From: an uncultured Candidatus Saccharibacteria bacterium
GTDB taxonomy: Bacteria > Patescibacteriota > Doudnabacteria > UBA920
NCBI GenBank assembly: GCA_964348935.1
Contig: CAYGEJ010000001.1
Location: 51,807-115,806, forward strand
Reading direction: 5' to 3'
Length of the DNA: 64,000 bases
Shown: piece after piece, positions 46,285-54,913 of the stretch
Layout: each line of letters opens with the position of its first letter
Numbering within the stretch: the stretch's first letter is position 1
The notes under the pieces: generated by a model
What the model was told of the DNA's origin: nothing
Database searches by the model: none
The model's input: only the letters and a program-made list of their open reading frames with translations
Made by a program: the position numbers and the translations under genes

Positions 46285-47208
46285 ATGGAAGAACAAAAAC
46301 CAAAAATAATATCACCTGAGAAGTACAAGATAAGAGTTAAATTAAGTTCGGCTGTGGCCGTAAAAATTTTAACATTAGTGAATTCAGTATTAAAATTTTT
46401 GGGTTTGAAAAAAACTAAGAGATTTTGGGGAATAGTATATGATAGTGTTAGTAAACAGCCTTTGGATCCGGTAATTGTAAAATTACTTTACGCAGACGGT
46501 AGGGAAATTGAAAGTTGTGTAACTGACATTATGGGTCGGTATGGTTTTTTGGCAGCTCCGGGGAAATTTAAAATTTTTGCTAGGAAGACTAATTATATTT
46601 TTCCTTCGACTGTGGTGACAGGTGAGCGCGATGGTATCTTTGAAAATATTTATCGAGGTGAATTTTTTACTTTGAGTGGTGATTTGGAGGTAGTGGCGCC
46701 GAATATTCCCATGGATCCGGTAAATTTTGATTGGAACCAACAGGCAAAGAAAAAAATGGATCAAAGTTACCCATTTTTTAAACTTTTTTTGCAAAGATTG
46801 TCCGCAACTTTTTTTTGGTTTTTTTTGGTTTTCGGTTTGTTGAGTGTTTGGGAATTTTACCCTAATGTCCCTACTCCTATTTATGTTATTATAGCTATTT
46901 TTTTAGTAGTTATAATTTTGGCGAAGTTAGTGCCTGAGTCTAGACTTTTTGGGCGAGTGGTTTTTCGAAAAGAAATTGAAGATATGAAATACTTGTTTTT
47001 GGAATTGCATAATGCCCAATTTCCGGATGTTAGTTTTGGTAAGACTATTACTCATGAGGATGGTAGGTTTTTATTGAGAGCAAACCCCGGCAAATATCTT
47101 TTAACAGTTAGTCGGGTGAACACTCAGACTGAGAAAGTTTTACTTGGTTCTATAAATATTAAAATAGGACGCGAAGGGGTTTTCCAAAGTACTTTAATTA
47201 TTAGGTAA
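46285..47208 (+). CDS. hypothetical membrane protein
   Basis: 307-aa ORF with central TM helices (FFWFFLVFGLLSVWEFY, IYVIIAIFLVVIILA). Confidence 0.4.
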   Translation: MEEQKPKIISPEKYKIRVKLSSAVAVKILTLVNSVLKFLGLKKTKRFWGIVYDSVSKQPLDPVIVKLLYADGREIESCVTDIMGRYGFLAAPGKFKIFARKTNYIFPSTVVTGERDGIFENIYRGEFFTLSGDLEVVAPNIPMDPVNFDWNQQAKKKMDQSYPFFKLFLQRLSATFFWFFLVFGLLSVWEFYPNVPTPIYVIIAIFLVVIILAKLVPESRLFGRVVFRKEIEDMKYLFLELHNAQFPDVSFGKTITHEDGRFLLRANPGKYLLTVSRVNTQTEKVLLGSINIKIGREGVFQSTLIIR

Positions 47209-47247
47209 ATTTTTTTAAAAGTGCTATAATTAAGCAAATATATTTTT

Positions 47248-47637
47248 ATGGATAATACAAGAAAAAGAATTTTAGTAGTAGAAGATGATGCAGATTTAAG
47301 AACCGTACTATCGGATAAGTTAGAAACTTTGAATTATCAGGTTATTCAAGCTGGAGATGGCGAAGAGGCTATTACTCTACTTTTAGATGAAAAGCCGGAT
47401 TTAATCCTTTTGGATTTAATGTTACCAAAATTAGATGGGTTTAAGGTACTAGAGCGAATAAGGCATTACCCTGAAGAGGTTATTGCTTCCACTAAGGTCA
47501 TTGTTTTAAGTAACCTTTGGAGCGATAAAGACATTCTTAGGGCCCAGGCTTTAAAAGTAGACGAATATTTTGTTAAGGCTAATACTAATTTAGACGAAGT
47601 TTATACCAAGATTAAAACGATTATTTCCTCTAAATAA
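47248..47637 (+). CDS. response regulator receiver-domain protein (CheY-like, stand-alone)
   Basis: ILVVEDDADLR...LILLDLMLPKLDG...VIVLSN. Conserved Asp pocket and phospho-acceptor D. 129 aa, no output domain. Confidence 0.75.
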   Translation: MDNTRKRILVVEDDADLRTVLSDKLETLNYQVIQAGDGEEAITLLLDEKPDLILLDLMLPKLDGFKVLERIRHYPEEVIASTKVIVLSNLWSDKDILRAQALKVDEYFVKANTNLDEVYTKIKTIISSK

Positions 47638-47785
47638 GTCTGATTTTGGCTGTATTATTCTTGGAATTTTGAGGGAAAGGGTGTTAGGGCTGATGTTTGA
47701 CAAAAATTAGAAAGTTATGTATTATGTTAGTAATAAAGGCCTCGTGAGGGCCTTTTAAAAAAGACAAATAATTGTAAGCAAGATT

Positions 47786-47968
47786 ATGAATATAGTGCAA
47801 TTTTTTAGTGAAGTAAAAGCTGAGCTTTTAAAAGTAGTTTGGCCATCGAAGTCTGAGACTTTTCGCTACACTATGACCGTTATAGTTTTTAGCGTTGCTG
47901 TGGCACTTATTTTAGGTGCTTTTGACTATATGTTACTCAGGGTTTTTGAAGCAATTATAAATAGATAA
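47786..47968 (+). CDS. secE: preprotein translocase subunit SecE
   Basis: 60 aa with a single TM (TMTVIVFSVAVALILGAFDYML) and the KVVWP motif. Upstream of nusG, rplK and rplA. Preceded by a TTGACA-N17-TATTAT promoter and an AGGCC-loop-GGCCU-UUU hairpin. Confidence 0.7.
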   Translation: MNIVQFFSEVKAELLKVVWPSKSETFRYTMTVIVFSVAVALILGAFDYMLLRVFEAIINR

Positions 47969-47977
47969 AACAAGGTT

Positions 47978-48523
47978 ATGTTACCAACAGGGCATGTTGC
48001 CGGAGGGTATTTAACCGGTATTGTACTTTTAAAAATTTTAAAACCTGAGTTTAATCCAAATGAGATTAATGGTTTAATAGTTTGGGCTGTATTCTTTGGC
48101 TTTGCACCGGATTTAGATGTCTTTTGGTTCTTTTTTAAGAACAAAACAATGTTAGTAGCAAGTAGTACTAACGAAACAAGCCATAGAAAATTTATAGGTC
48201 ATGCACCGTTGTTGTGGTTAGTGGTTGGATTCGGAATATATTTTTTAGCAAACGATTTATATATAAAATATATTGGGTTGATGTTGTGGATGGGGAGTTG
48301 GAGTCATTTTCTGCTCGATAGTATTGAATACGGGATAATGTGGCTTTGGCCTTTTAGCACCAACATTTATGCTTTAAAAAATACAGCAGTAGCTAAACCA
48401 ATTACAGAGCAGGGTTTTATTAAACATACAGTTACATTTTTAAAATATTATTTAACAAGATTAACTTTTTATTTAGAAATTTTAGTTATAATTACAGCTT
48501 TAGCTGTTTACTTACAACATTAA
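47978..48523 (+). CDS. membrane-bound metal-dependent hydrolase-like protein (YdjM/DUF457-type)
   Basis: 181-aa polytopic ORF with His-containing motifs (MLPTGHVAGG, SHRKFIGHAPLLW, WSHFLLDS). Unusually placed between secE and nusG. Confidence 0.45.
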   Translation: MLPTGHVAGGYLTGIVLLKILKPEFNPNEINGLIVWAVFFGFAPDLDVFWFFFKNKTMLVASSTNETSHRKFIGHAPLLWLVVGFGIYFLANDLYIKYIGLMLWMGSWSHFLLDSIEYGIMWLWPFSTNIYALKNTAVAKPITEQGFIKHTVTFLKYYLTRLTFYLEILVIITALAVYLQH

Positions 48524-48542
48524 TCTTAAATCTTTAATCAAT

Positions 48543-49088
48543 ATGTCAAGACAACAAGTTACAGGACAAAGAAATTGGTACGTACTTCATACCTATAGCG
48601 GTTATGAAGACAGTGTGGCTTTTAACTTAAAGCAACGTATTGAAAGTATGGATATGCAGGATAGTATTTTTGACGCAATTGTTCCTAAAGAAAAAAAGAT
48701 CAAGATTAAGGATGGCAAGAGAACTACTATAGAAGAAAAGATTTTTCCAGGTTATGTGCTAGTCAACATGATTGTAACAGATGATTCTTGGTATGTAGTT
48801 AGAAACACCCCTAACGTTACCGGTTTCGTAGGTAGCGGAACTATTCCTTCTCCGATTGATGATGAAGAATTGGCTTACTTGAAAAAGAGAATGGGCGCAG
48901 ACGAACCTAAATATAAAATTGAATTTGCATTGGGTGATTTGGTAAAAATTCAAGACGGGCCGTTTAAAGATTATGAAGGTAAAGTAAGTAGTTTAGATGA
49001 AGCTCATGGTAAAGTAAAAGTAATGGTTACAATTTTCGGCAGAGAAACACCAGTAGAGTTAGACTTCTTGCAGGTAAAGAAAATGTAG
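48543..49088 (+). CDS. nusG: transcription termination/antitermination protein NusG
   Basis: NGN domain (WYVLHTYSGYEDSVAFNLKQRI) and KOW motif (GDLVKIQDGPFKDYEGKV). 181 aa. Confidence 0.85.
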   Translation: MSRQQVTGQRNWYVLHTYSGYEDSVAFNLKQRIESMDMQDSIFDAIVPKEKKIKIKDGKRTTIEEKIFPGYVLVNMIVTDDSWYVVRNTPNVTGFVGSGTIPSPIDDEELAYLKKRMGADEPKYKIEFALGDLVKIQDGPFKDYEGKVSSLDEAHGKVKVMVTIFGRETPVELDFLQVKKM

Positions 49089-49271
49089 ATACACAGATGG
49101 GAAACAGATGACGCAGATATAACCCACTATATCATCTTGGACGAAGATCTTGGGATCCAGAAGTATTATAAATCTAATAAGAAAGGAATGGTTGGCGGCA
49201 GTGCCGTCCCGATCGCACTAAAAAGTCAAAGCAAGTAATTGCCGAGATAGCGGTCTACCATCACAACATAT

Positions 49272-49694
49272 ATGGCAAAGAAAATTAAGACCACCATAAA
49301 ACTCCAGCTACCAGCTGGAAAAGCAACTCCTGCTCCACCAGTAGGTACCGCCCTTGGACCCCACGGTGTGAACATAGCTGCATTCGTTAAAGAATTTAAC
49401 GACAAAACAGCAGGCGGGGATATGACTATCCCAGTTTTAATGACTGTTTATGAAGATAGAAGTTTTAGCTTTATTTTAAAAACCCCTCCAGCTTCTAACC
49501 TTATTATGAAAGCAATTGGCTTGGCAAAAGGTAGTGCTAACCCACTTACAACAAAGGTTGGTAAAATAACTGCAAAGCAAATTACTGAAATTGCAGAAAA
49601 GAAAATGTCTGACTTAAACGCCAATGATTTAGCAGCAGCCGAGAAAATTATCCGCGGTACTTGTAGAAGTATGGGCGTGGAAGTTATAGGTTAA
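49272..49694 (+). CDS. rplK: 50S ribosomal protein L11
   Basis: [43 protein letters not shown] is near-canonical L11. 140 aa. Confidence 0.92.
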   Translation: MAKKIKTTIKLQLPAGKATPAPPVGTALGPHGVNIAAFVKEFNDKTAGGDMTIPVLMTVYEDRSFSFILKTPPASNLIMKAIGLAKGSANPLTTKVGKITAKQITEIAEKKMSDLNANDLAAAEKIIRGTCRSMGVEVIG

Positions 49695-49760
49695 TATTTT
49701 AATTTTAATTTGTGGGACCCCGATGTCCATCGGGGGTTTGTACCACGAAAGGAAAACAAT

Positions 49761-50447
49761 ATGGCAAAATTAGCAAAGAGAGTTAAAGCAAATAATGAAT
49801 TAGTAGATTTTAATAAAGTCTATTCAGCTGAAGAAGCTATTGAATTAGCTAAAAAGACTGCAACTACCAAGTTTGTTGGAAGTATTGAAGTGCATATTCG
49901 TACTTTAATTGAAGCCAAGAAAACAGACCAAGCGGTAAGAGGCACAGTTTCTTTGCCAAACGGCACTGGTAAAACCAAGCGCGTAGCCGCTTTCGTAACC
50001 GAATCCAAAGAAAAAGATGCTAAAGATGCGGGTGCTTTTGTGGTTGGTGGAGAAGATTTGATTAAGAAGATTAAAGAAACTGAAAAAACCGATTTCGATG
50101 TAGCTATTGCTGAACCAGCATTAATGCCTAAGCTTGCCGCTATTGCTAAAATTTTGGGTACTCGCGGACTTATGCCTAACCCAAAAACTGGCACCGTAGG
50201 ACCAAATATTGCTGAGATGGTAAAAGAAATTGCCGGTGGTAAAGTTAACTTTAAAAATGATGACTCCGGAAATATTCATCAAGTAATTGGTAAGACCAAT
50301 TTTGACAGTAAAGCATTGTTGGAAAATTTAAAAACATTTTATCAAGCGGTTTTACAAAGCAAGCCACAAACCGTAAAAGGACAATTAGTTGCCAGTGTGG
50401 TTTTAAATTCCACAATGGGACCTGGAATAAAGGTTAAAATAAGCTAA
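49761..50447 (+). CDS. rplA: 50S ribosomal protein L1
   Basis: From the internal ATG (MAKLAKRVKAN...), which gives the canonical L1 N-terminus. The track start at 49710 would translate through an intergenic hairpin (GGGACCCCGAUGUCCAUCGGGGGUUU). 228 aa. Confidence 0.9.
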   Translation: MAKLAKRVKANNELVDFNKVYSAEEAIELAKKTATTKFVGSIEVHIRTLIEAKKTDQAVRGTVSLPNGTGKTKRVAAFVTESKEKDAKDAGAFVVGGEDLIKKIKETEKTDFDVAIAEPALMPKLAAIAKILGTRGLMPNPKTGTVGPNIAEMVKEIAGGKVNFKNDDSGNIHQVIGKTNFDSKALLENLKTFYQAVLQSKPQTVKGQLVASVVLNSTMGPGIKVKIS

Positions 50448-50465
50448 TTATCTATTAAGTAAATA

Positions 50466-50494
50466 AGAAAGCCGGTGCATGGTTTGCACCGGCT
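50466..50494. terminator. rplA intrinsic terminator, also usable from the minus strand
   Basis: GCCGGUGCA-UGGUU-UGCACCGGC followed by UUUUGAUUU on the + strand and UUUCUUAUUU on the - strand. Confidence 0.55.
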
Positions 50495-50519
50495 TTTGAT
50501 TTGGGCGACGAAGTCATGG

Positions 50520-50654
50520 TTAGACTCCCCACAGGTATTGGTCATCATCAGGTTCTTGTGTTGTTGGTTGATCCAGTTTTTTATTGTTGGATTCCTCGTA
50601 AGGAAATCCGGTTGCATCTGCTTGATGAAAATCGCGTTGTGTATCGCTTTGCAT
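50520..50654 (-). CDS. possible 44-aa acidic peptide (MQSDTQRDFHQADATGFPYEESNNKKLDQPTTQEPDDDQYLWGV)
   Basis: My translation. ATG preceded by AAAGGGGGGCUUAUU. Lies between a minus-oriented terminator (50728-50750) and the rplA terminator. Not in the ORF track. Confidence 0.25.
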   Translation of the reverse strand: MQSDTQRDFHQADATGFPYEESNNKKLDQPTTQEPDDDQYLWGV

Positions 50655-50767
50655 AATAAGCCCCCCTTTGTGGCCTAATATCTGAGTATTTAAATAAACA
50701 GTCAGATATTAAAACACAAATAAAAACCCCGCTCCTTTTAGGGAAGCGGGAATTAAAGTTAAAGTAA

Positions 50768-50860
50768 TTAATTACTTGTTATAACCTTAACGAACCCAAA
50801 TTCCCTGGAGGAAATAAGGCTAAGAAGGAGAGACAACAAGTTTTGGTAAATATTTTTCAT
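50768..50860 (-). CDS. leaderless 30-aa hydrophobic peptide or sRNA module (MKNIYQNLLSLLLSLISSREFGFVKVITSN) driven by a consensus promoter
   Basis: Minus strand TTGACA(50891-96)-N16-TATAAT(50869-74), ATG 8 nt after the -10. Intrinsic terminator CCCGCU...AGCGGG-UUUUUUAUUUGUGUUUU at 50728-50750. Transcript about 130 nt and rich in anti-SD-like CUCCUUCUU/UUCCUCC. Coding status uncertain. Confidence 0.25.
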   Translation of the reverse strand: MKNIYQNLLSLLLSLISSREFGFVKVITSN

Positions 50861-50967
50861 GTATATAAATTATAGCTGATTTGGAAAAAGTGTCAAATGA
50901 CAAAATGAAAGCGACCCAGACTGCTTTCTCACTCGGTAAAGGTGAAGGGCTGTGGGGTCGCTTGTCG

Positions 50968-51246
50968 CTATTGGTTTGGCGTTAAAATCACCTCCTTTGA
51001 TGATTTGATTGCGGTTGGTTTTTGTACCATCCGTCGTGCTTCTCCAGCAAGTGAAGTTTCGTTTATTCTGGCAGACCAGATAAAGCGAGTTTCCTCTTGT
51101 GCAAGGTAGAAGCAGAATTCGTAATTCTCGTTACGGTGTTGAGCATTGTCTTTTAGGACAATGGTCACGCTTTTTCCGTCGAGAGTCGCGCTTATTCCAA
51201 CACAGGGAAAGTAGTTTTCAATTGGGTAAAGCAACTGCAGGGTCAT
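50968..51246 (-). CDS. hypothetical 92-aa protein (island 3)
   Basis: ATG preceded by AAAAGGAGCGUUU. GC-rich codons. Followed by a 7-bp stem/long-loop hairpin plus U-run. No recognisable domain. Confidence 0.45.
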   Translation of the reverse strand: MTLQLLYPIENYFPCVGISATLDGKSVTIVLKDNAQHRNENYEFCFYLAQEETRFIWSARINETSLAGEARRMVQKPTAIKSSKEVILTPNQ

Positions 51247-51352
51247 AAACGCTCCTTTTGTGGACTAAAAATTAAATCGACTCGGTGTCAATTTATTTTC
51301 CTAAGCCACAAAAAAAACCCGCCGCGGCGGGGAAGTAAGCTTAAATAAAACT

Positions 51353-51454
51353 TTAGCTATTTATTTCCCACAACCGCATAAATAAAGACTTGATGGACTT
51401 AGTGCCCATTTTGGTTGTCTTCTTGCTAATTTGGGAAACAATGAATAAATTCAT
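51353..51454 (-). CDS. second leaderless small-ORF or sRNA module (33 aa: MNLFIVSQISKKTTKMGTKSIKSLFMRLWEINS)
   Basis: Minus strand TTGACA(51484-89)-N17-TAATAT(51461-66), then ATG at the predicted TSS. Terminator CCCGCCGCGGCGGG-UUUUUUUU at 51318-51331. Transcript about 140 nt. Coding status uncertain. Confidence 0.2.
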   Translation of the reverse strand: MNLFIVSQISKKTTKMGTKSIKSLFMRLWEINS

Positions 51455-51540
51455 ATGAATATATTAAAGTATTTTAGAAATATTGTCAAAAAAATTCCCC
51501 GCCGGTTTGTAAGAGCCGGCGGGGTGTTTTGGATACCTTG

Positions 51541-51795
51541 CTACTTCAATAGTTGTAGATTTTGGCGGGCCCAGTTAATGAGTTCCTGCATCTCTTTTTT
51601 TGTAGGTTTTTCAAGCCCAAAGCCTTTGCCGTTTTTGTTCGAATAACCCTCACGAGACTGGCCACATAAAGTCAGATCGTGGTGTTGAAGAGGGTCTAAA
51701 CTTAGACTCAGCATCCTCATTCTGAGAGATTCGCCTTGAAGTTGAAATCCATATATTGCCTTCCCATTGGAAAGGTGGCCGTGAATTTTTTCCAT
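51541..51795 (-). CDS. hypothetical 84-aa protein (island 3)
   Basis: Internal ATG (MEKIHGH...) with SD UUUAAGGAGUGGGAAC-AUG. The track ORF starts 24 codons upstream with no RBS. Followed by terminator CCCCGCCGG-UUUGUAAGAG-CCGGCGGGG. Confidence 0.45.
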   Translation of the reverse strand: MEKIHGHLSNGKAIYGFQLQGESLRMRMLSLSLDPLQHHDLTLCGQSREGYSNKNGKGFGLEKPTKKEMQELINWARQNLQLLK

Positions 51796-51869
51796 GTTCC
51801 CACTCCTTAAAGTTTTTTTGCAACTTGGTTCTGGGGTTCTGTTAAAACTCCAAAATTTAGGTAACAAAA

Positions 51870-51893
51870 AACTCCTTCCGCCAAGGCGGAAGG
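51870..51893 (-). terminator. minus-oriented intrinsic terminator at the island 3 right edge (11-bp stem then U6)
   Basis: CUCCUUCCGCC-AA-GGCGGAAGGAG followed on the minus strand by UUUUUUGUU. No minus-strand gene lies upstream of it, so it reads as an insulator. Confidence 0.4.
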
Positions 51894-52074
51894 AGTAAAG
51901 TTTAAGTAAAAAACTATTAACTCAACCGTCTTGGAAAAGAAAGAATAATAATGCTTATAATAGAAATTTTATCCTGAATTAACTTCATACAAAGTAATTT
52001 TAAAGGAAACCTAGCCTTTTTGTCAATTACTGTAAGATATAGTAGAATTGAATATATTACTAAAATAAAATTAT

Positions 52075-52608
52075 ATGGCAGAAGAGCGAAAGCATTTTAG
52101 ACCTTCGTGGGATGATTATTTTATGGCTATTGCCAAGATAATTGCGGCCAGAGGAACCTGTGATAGGCTTTACGCCGGTTCAGTTTTGGTTAAAGATAAT
52201 AGAATTATTGCTACTGGATATAATGGTTCGCCAGCAGGGTTACCACATTGTAACGATGTAGGTCATTTACTTGAAGAAGGGCATTGTGTGAGAACTGTGC
52301 ATGGTGAACATAATTCACTATTACAAGCTGCCAGACAAGGTGGAACTGCCACACAAGGTTCAACTATGTATACCAAATATAGCCCTTGCATTCATTGTAC
52401 TAAGTACGTAATTGCTTGTGGAATTAAACGAGTAGTTATTGGTAAAATTTATAGAAACCCTCAAGCATTAGATATGCTTAAAGAAGCAGGTGTGGTGGTA
52501 GATGTGTATGCAGAAAACGAAAATTGGCGTGGGGAGTTAGGTCAAATTTTTATGGAAGATATTCCTGTCAGGCAAAATGAAGGTGAAGTAAAAATGGCAA
52601 ATAAATAA
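52075..52608 (+). CDS. dCMP deaminase (ComEB-type cytidine/deoxycytidylate deaminase)
   Basis: Zinc motifs H(G)EHN (TVHGEHNSLLQAARQG) and PCxxC (SPCIHCTKYVIACGIKRVV). 177 aa. Confidence 0.8.
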   Translation: MAEERKHFRPSWDDYFMAIAKIIAARGTCDRLYAGSVLVKDNRIIATGYNGSPAGLPHCNDVGHLLEEGHCVRTVHGEHNSLLQAARQGGTATQGSTMYTKYSPCIHCTKYVIACGIKRVVIGKIYRNPQALDMLKEAGVVVDVYAENENWRGELGQIFMEDIPVRQNEGEVKMANK

Positions 52609-52614
52609 TTTTAT

Positions 52615-53175
52615 ATGAATAATATTTTACTTGCCGTAGTCGGTTTAGCCGGTGCCGGTAAAACAGAAAGCACAGAGTATTTAATAAAAAAAACATCTTG
52701 GCCTAAAGTTTATTTTGGACAAGCAGTAGTTGATGAAGCAAATAAGCGAGGCATGCCTGGAGAAACTGGGGAAAGGCAAGTGCGAGAAGAATTTCGCGCT
52801 AAGGACGGAATGGCGGCAATGGCTATTGCCAGCTTGCCAAAAATAAAAGAGTTATACGCTCAGGGAAATGTAATTATTGAAAGTTTATATTCTTGGGAAG
52901 AATACACTAAACTTAAAGAGGAGTTTCGAGAGCAGTTTAAGGTTTTAGCTATTTATACTTCTTTTAACACAAGAGTAAAAAGAATGGCAGTTCGTGAAAT
53001 TCGTCCTTTAAATCAGCAAGACTTATTTACCCGGGATTATTCTCAAATAGAAAATTTGCATCAAGCAGGGCCAATTGCTAGAGCTGAATGGACAATTGTT
53101 AATGAAGGAAGTAAGGAAGATTTGTATAAGGAAATAGATAATATATTAGAAAATTTGAATGAAAGTAAAAATTAG
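52615..53175 (+). CDS. P-loop nucleoside/nucleotide kinase-like protein (uncharacterised)
   Basis: Walker A VVGLAGAGKTEST at the N-terminus. 186 aa. Embedded in the dNTP-metabolism cluster. Confidence 0.5.
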   Translation: MNNILLAVVGLAGAGKTESTEYLIKKTSWPKVYFGQAVVDEANKRGMPGETGERQVREEFRAKDGMAAMAIASLPKIKELYAQGNVIIESLYSWEEYTKLKEEFREQFKVLAIYTSFNTRVKRMAVREIRPLNQQDLFTRDYSQIENLHQAGPIARAEWTIVNEGSKEDLYKEIDNILENLNESKN

Positions 53176-53617
53176 CAAATCTGACCCAAATATAGAATTG
53201 CCAAAATATGGAACCAAAGAGTCTGCGGGTTTTGACATAGCTTCAAATAAGGACTTGGTAGTGCCTGCAGGTGGGGTGGAGAAAATCCCTACAGGGTTAA
53301 TTATAGAGGCCCCAGAAGGTTATTTTTTGCTTGTATCGGCACGTAGTAGCCTATCTGTTAAAAAAGGTTTGACTTTGGCGAATGGTATAGGTGTTGTGGA
53401 TAGGGATTATTCTGGGCCAAAAGACGAAATTTATATTATTGTTCATAATTTTACAAACAATTCAGTTGAAGTAAAAAAGGGTGAACGTGTGGCACAAGGT
53501 ATATTTCTACCAGTCAGTCAGGCTGAGTGGGAAGTTTTGGGTGAATTAAGGAAAGAGGATAGGGGTGGATTTGGAAGTACCGGTGGGTATATTGACAGTG
53601 AAAAAGTAATAAGTTAA
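53159..53617 (+). CDS. dut: dUTP diphosphatase
   Basis: dUTPase motifs (KESAGFDIAS, RSSLSVKKGLTLANGIGVVDRDYSG, GERVAQ, C-terminal RGGFGSTG). 152 aa. Confidence 0.85.
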   Translation: MKVKISKSDPNIELPKYGTKESAGFDIASNKDLVVPAGGVEKIPTGLIIEAPEGYFLLVSARSSLSVKKGLTLANGIGVVDRDYSGPKDEIYIIVHNFTNNSVEVKKGERVAQGIFLPVSQAEWEVLGELRKEDRGGFGSTGGYIDSEKVIS

Positions 53618-53626
53618 AAGAACAAT

Positions 53627-54166
53627 ATGATAATAGGACTCGTCGGTGAAAAATTAGCAGGGAAAGACACTGTGTCTAATTATTTGGTAGAAAAGTATGG
53701 TGCTACCCAGTTTAAGTTTACCCATATTTTAGATGCAATTTTAGAAGATCTGAATTTAGAAATTTCCAGAAAAAATGAAATAGATTTAGGTTTGGGGTTG
53801 CGTAAGATTTTTGACGAGCATGTTTTGGTAAATGCCTTGGAGCAAAGAGTTAAAAAATCCCTTTCCAGCTATCGTGTGGTAAATGGTATTCGTATGGACG
53901 AGCTTGGTGTGGTTAAGGGTTGGGGCGCTAAAATTATTTATATCACAGCACCTATTTCAGTTCGTTTTGAAAGATATAAAAATCGTAGAGAAAAGGCAGA
54001 TGATGCTTTGATGAACCTGCAGGAGTTTATTGAACAGGAAAAAGGCCCGACAGAATTAGAAATTCCTGAACTTGGCAAGCGAGCGGATTTTAGAATTGAT
54101 AATACAGGGTCATTGGAAGAGCTTTATGCGAAAATAGAAATGATATTAAAGTCTTTGATAAAATAA
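53627..54166 (+). CDS. second P-loop kinase-like protein (dNMP kinase-like?)
   Basis: Walker A IIGLVGEKLAGKDTVS. 179 aa. Between dut and tmk. Confidence 0.5.
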   Translation: MIIGLVGEKLAGKDTVSNYLVEKYGATQFKFTHILDAILEDLNLEISRKNEIDLGLGLRKIFDEHVLVNALEQRVKKSLSSYRVVNGIRMDELGVVKGWGAKIIYITAPISVRFERYKNRREKADDALMNLQEFIEQEKGPTELEIPELGKRADFRIDNTGSLEELYAKIEMILKSLIK

Positions 54167-54167
54167 T

Positions 54168-54908
54168 ATGGCGTTACTTAAATTTGGAAAATCAAATAAA
54201 AAACATCATACCCAAAAAGGGAAGTTTGTTGTTATTGACGGTACTGATGGCAGTGGTAAAGCGACTCAGACTCAAAGGTTGGTAGAAACTTTAAAAACCG
54301 AAGGCTATATGGTGGAAATGGCGGACTTTCCACAGTATGGAAAAAAGTCAGCCGGGCTAGTAGAAGATTATTTAAACGGCAAATATGGACAGGTGAGTCC
54401 GCAGGCTGCATCTATTTTTTATGCTGTAGATAGATTTGATGCTTCTTTTCAAATTAAGAAATGGCTCGAGGAAGGCAAGATTGTGGTTTGTAATAGGTAT
54501 GTAACGGCTAATGCAGGACATCAAGGTGGTAAAATTGCCGACGATATAGATAGGATGAAGTTTTTTCGATGGTTGGACAATTTAGAGTATGGAATTTTTA
54601 ATATCCCAAAACCAGATTTAAATATTATTTTGCATATGCCTGCAGAAATGGCACAGAAGTTAGTAGACCAAAAGTCAGCTAGTTCTCGTGAATATGTTGG
54701 TGGTAAAAAGAGGGATTTACACGAAGCAGATTTAGATCATTTAAAAAATGCGGAACATGTGTATATGGAAATTGCAAAACTTTTCCCAAATACTAAGTTA
54801 GTAGAGTGTGTACAAGAAGATAAATTATTAACTAAAGATGAGGTTCATAATAAAGTTTGGGCTTTAGTGAGAAGAATCGCTTTAAAAGATTTAAAACCAC
54901 AAAATTAA
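54168..54908 (+). CDS. tmk: thymidylate kinase
   Basis: P-loop [17 protein letters not shown]-like motif (AVDRFDAS), lid region. 246 aa. Confidence 0.85.
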   Translation: MALLKFGKSNKKHHTQKGKFVVIDGTDGSGKATQTQRLVETLKTEGYMVEMADFPQYGKKSAGLVEDYLNGKYGQVSPQAASIFYAVDRFDASFQIKKWLEEGKIVVCNRYVTANAGHQGGKIADDIDRMKFFRWLDNLEYGIFNIPKPDLNIILHMPAEMAQKLVDQKSASSREYVGGKKRDLHEADLDHLKNAEHVYMEIAKLFPNTKLVECVQEDKLLTKDEVHNKVWALVRRIALKDLKPQN

Positions 54909-54913
54909 AAAAT

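Noticed and set aside
49710-49760. Upstream extension of rplA (track start MWDPDVHRGFVPRKENN...).
   Set aside because: It translates a GC hairpin in the rplK-rplA spacer. The canonical L1 N-terminus begins at the internal ATG (49761).
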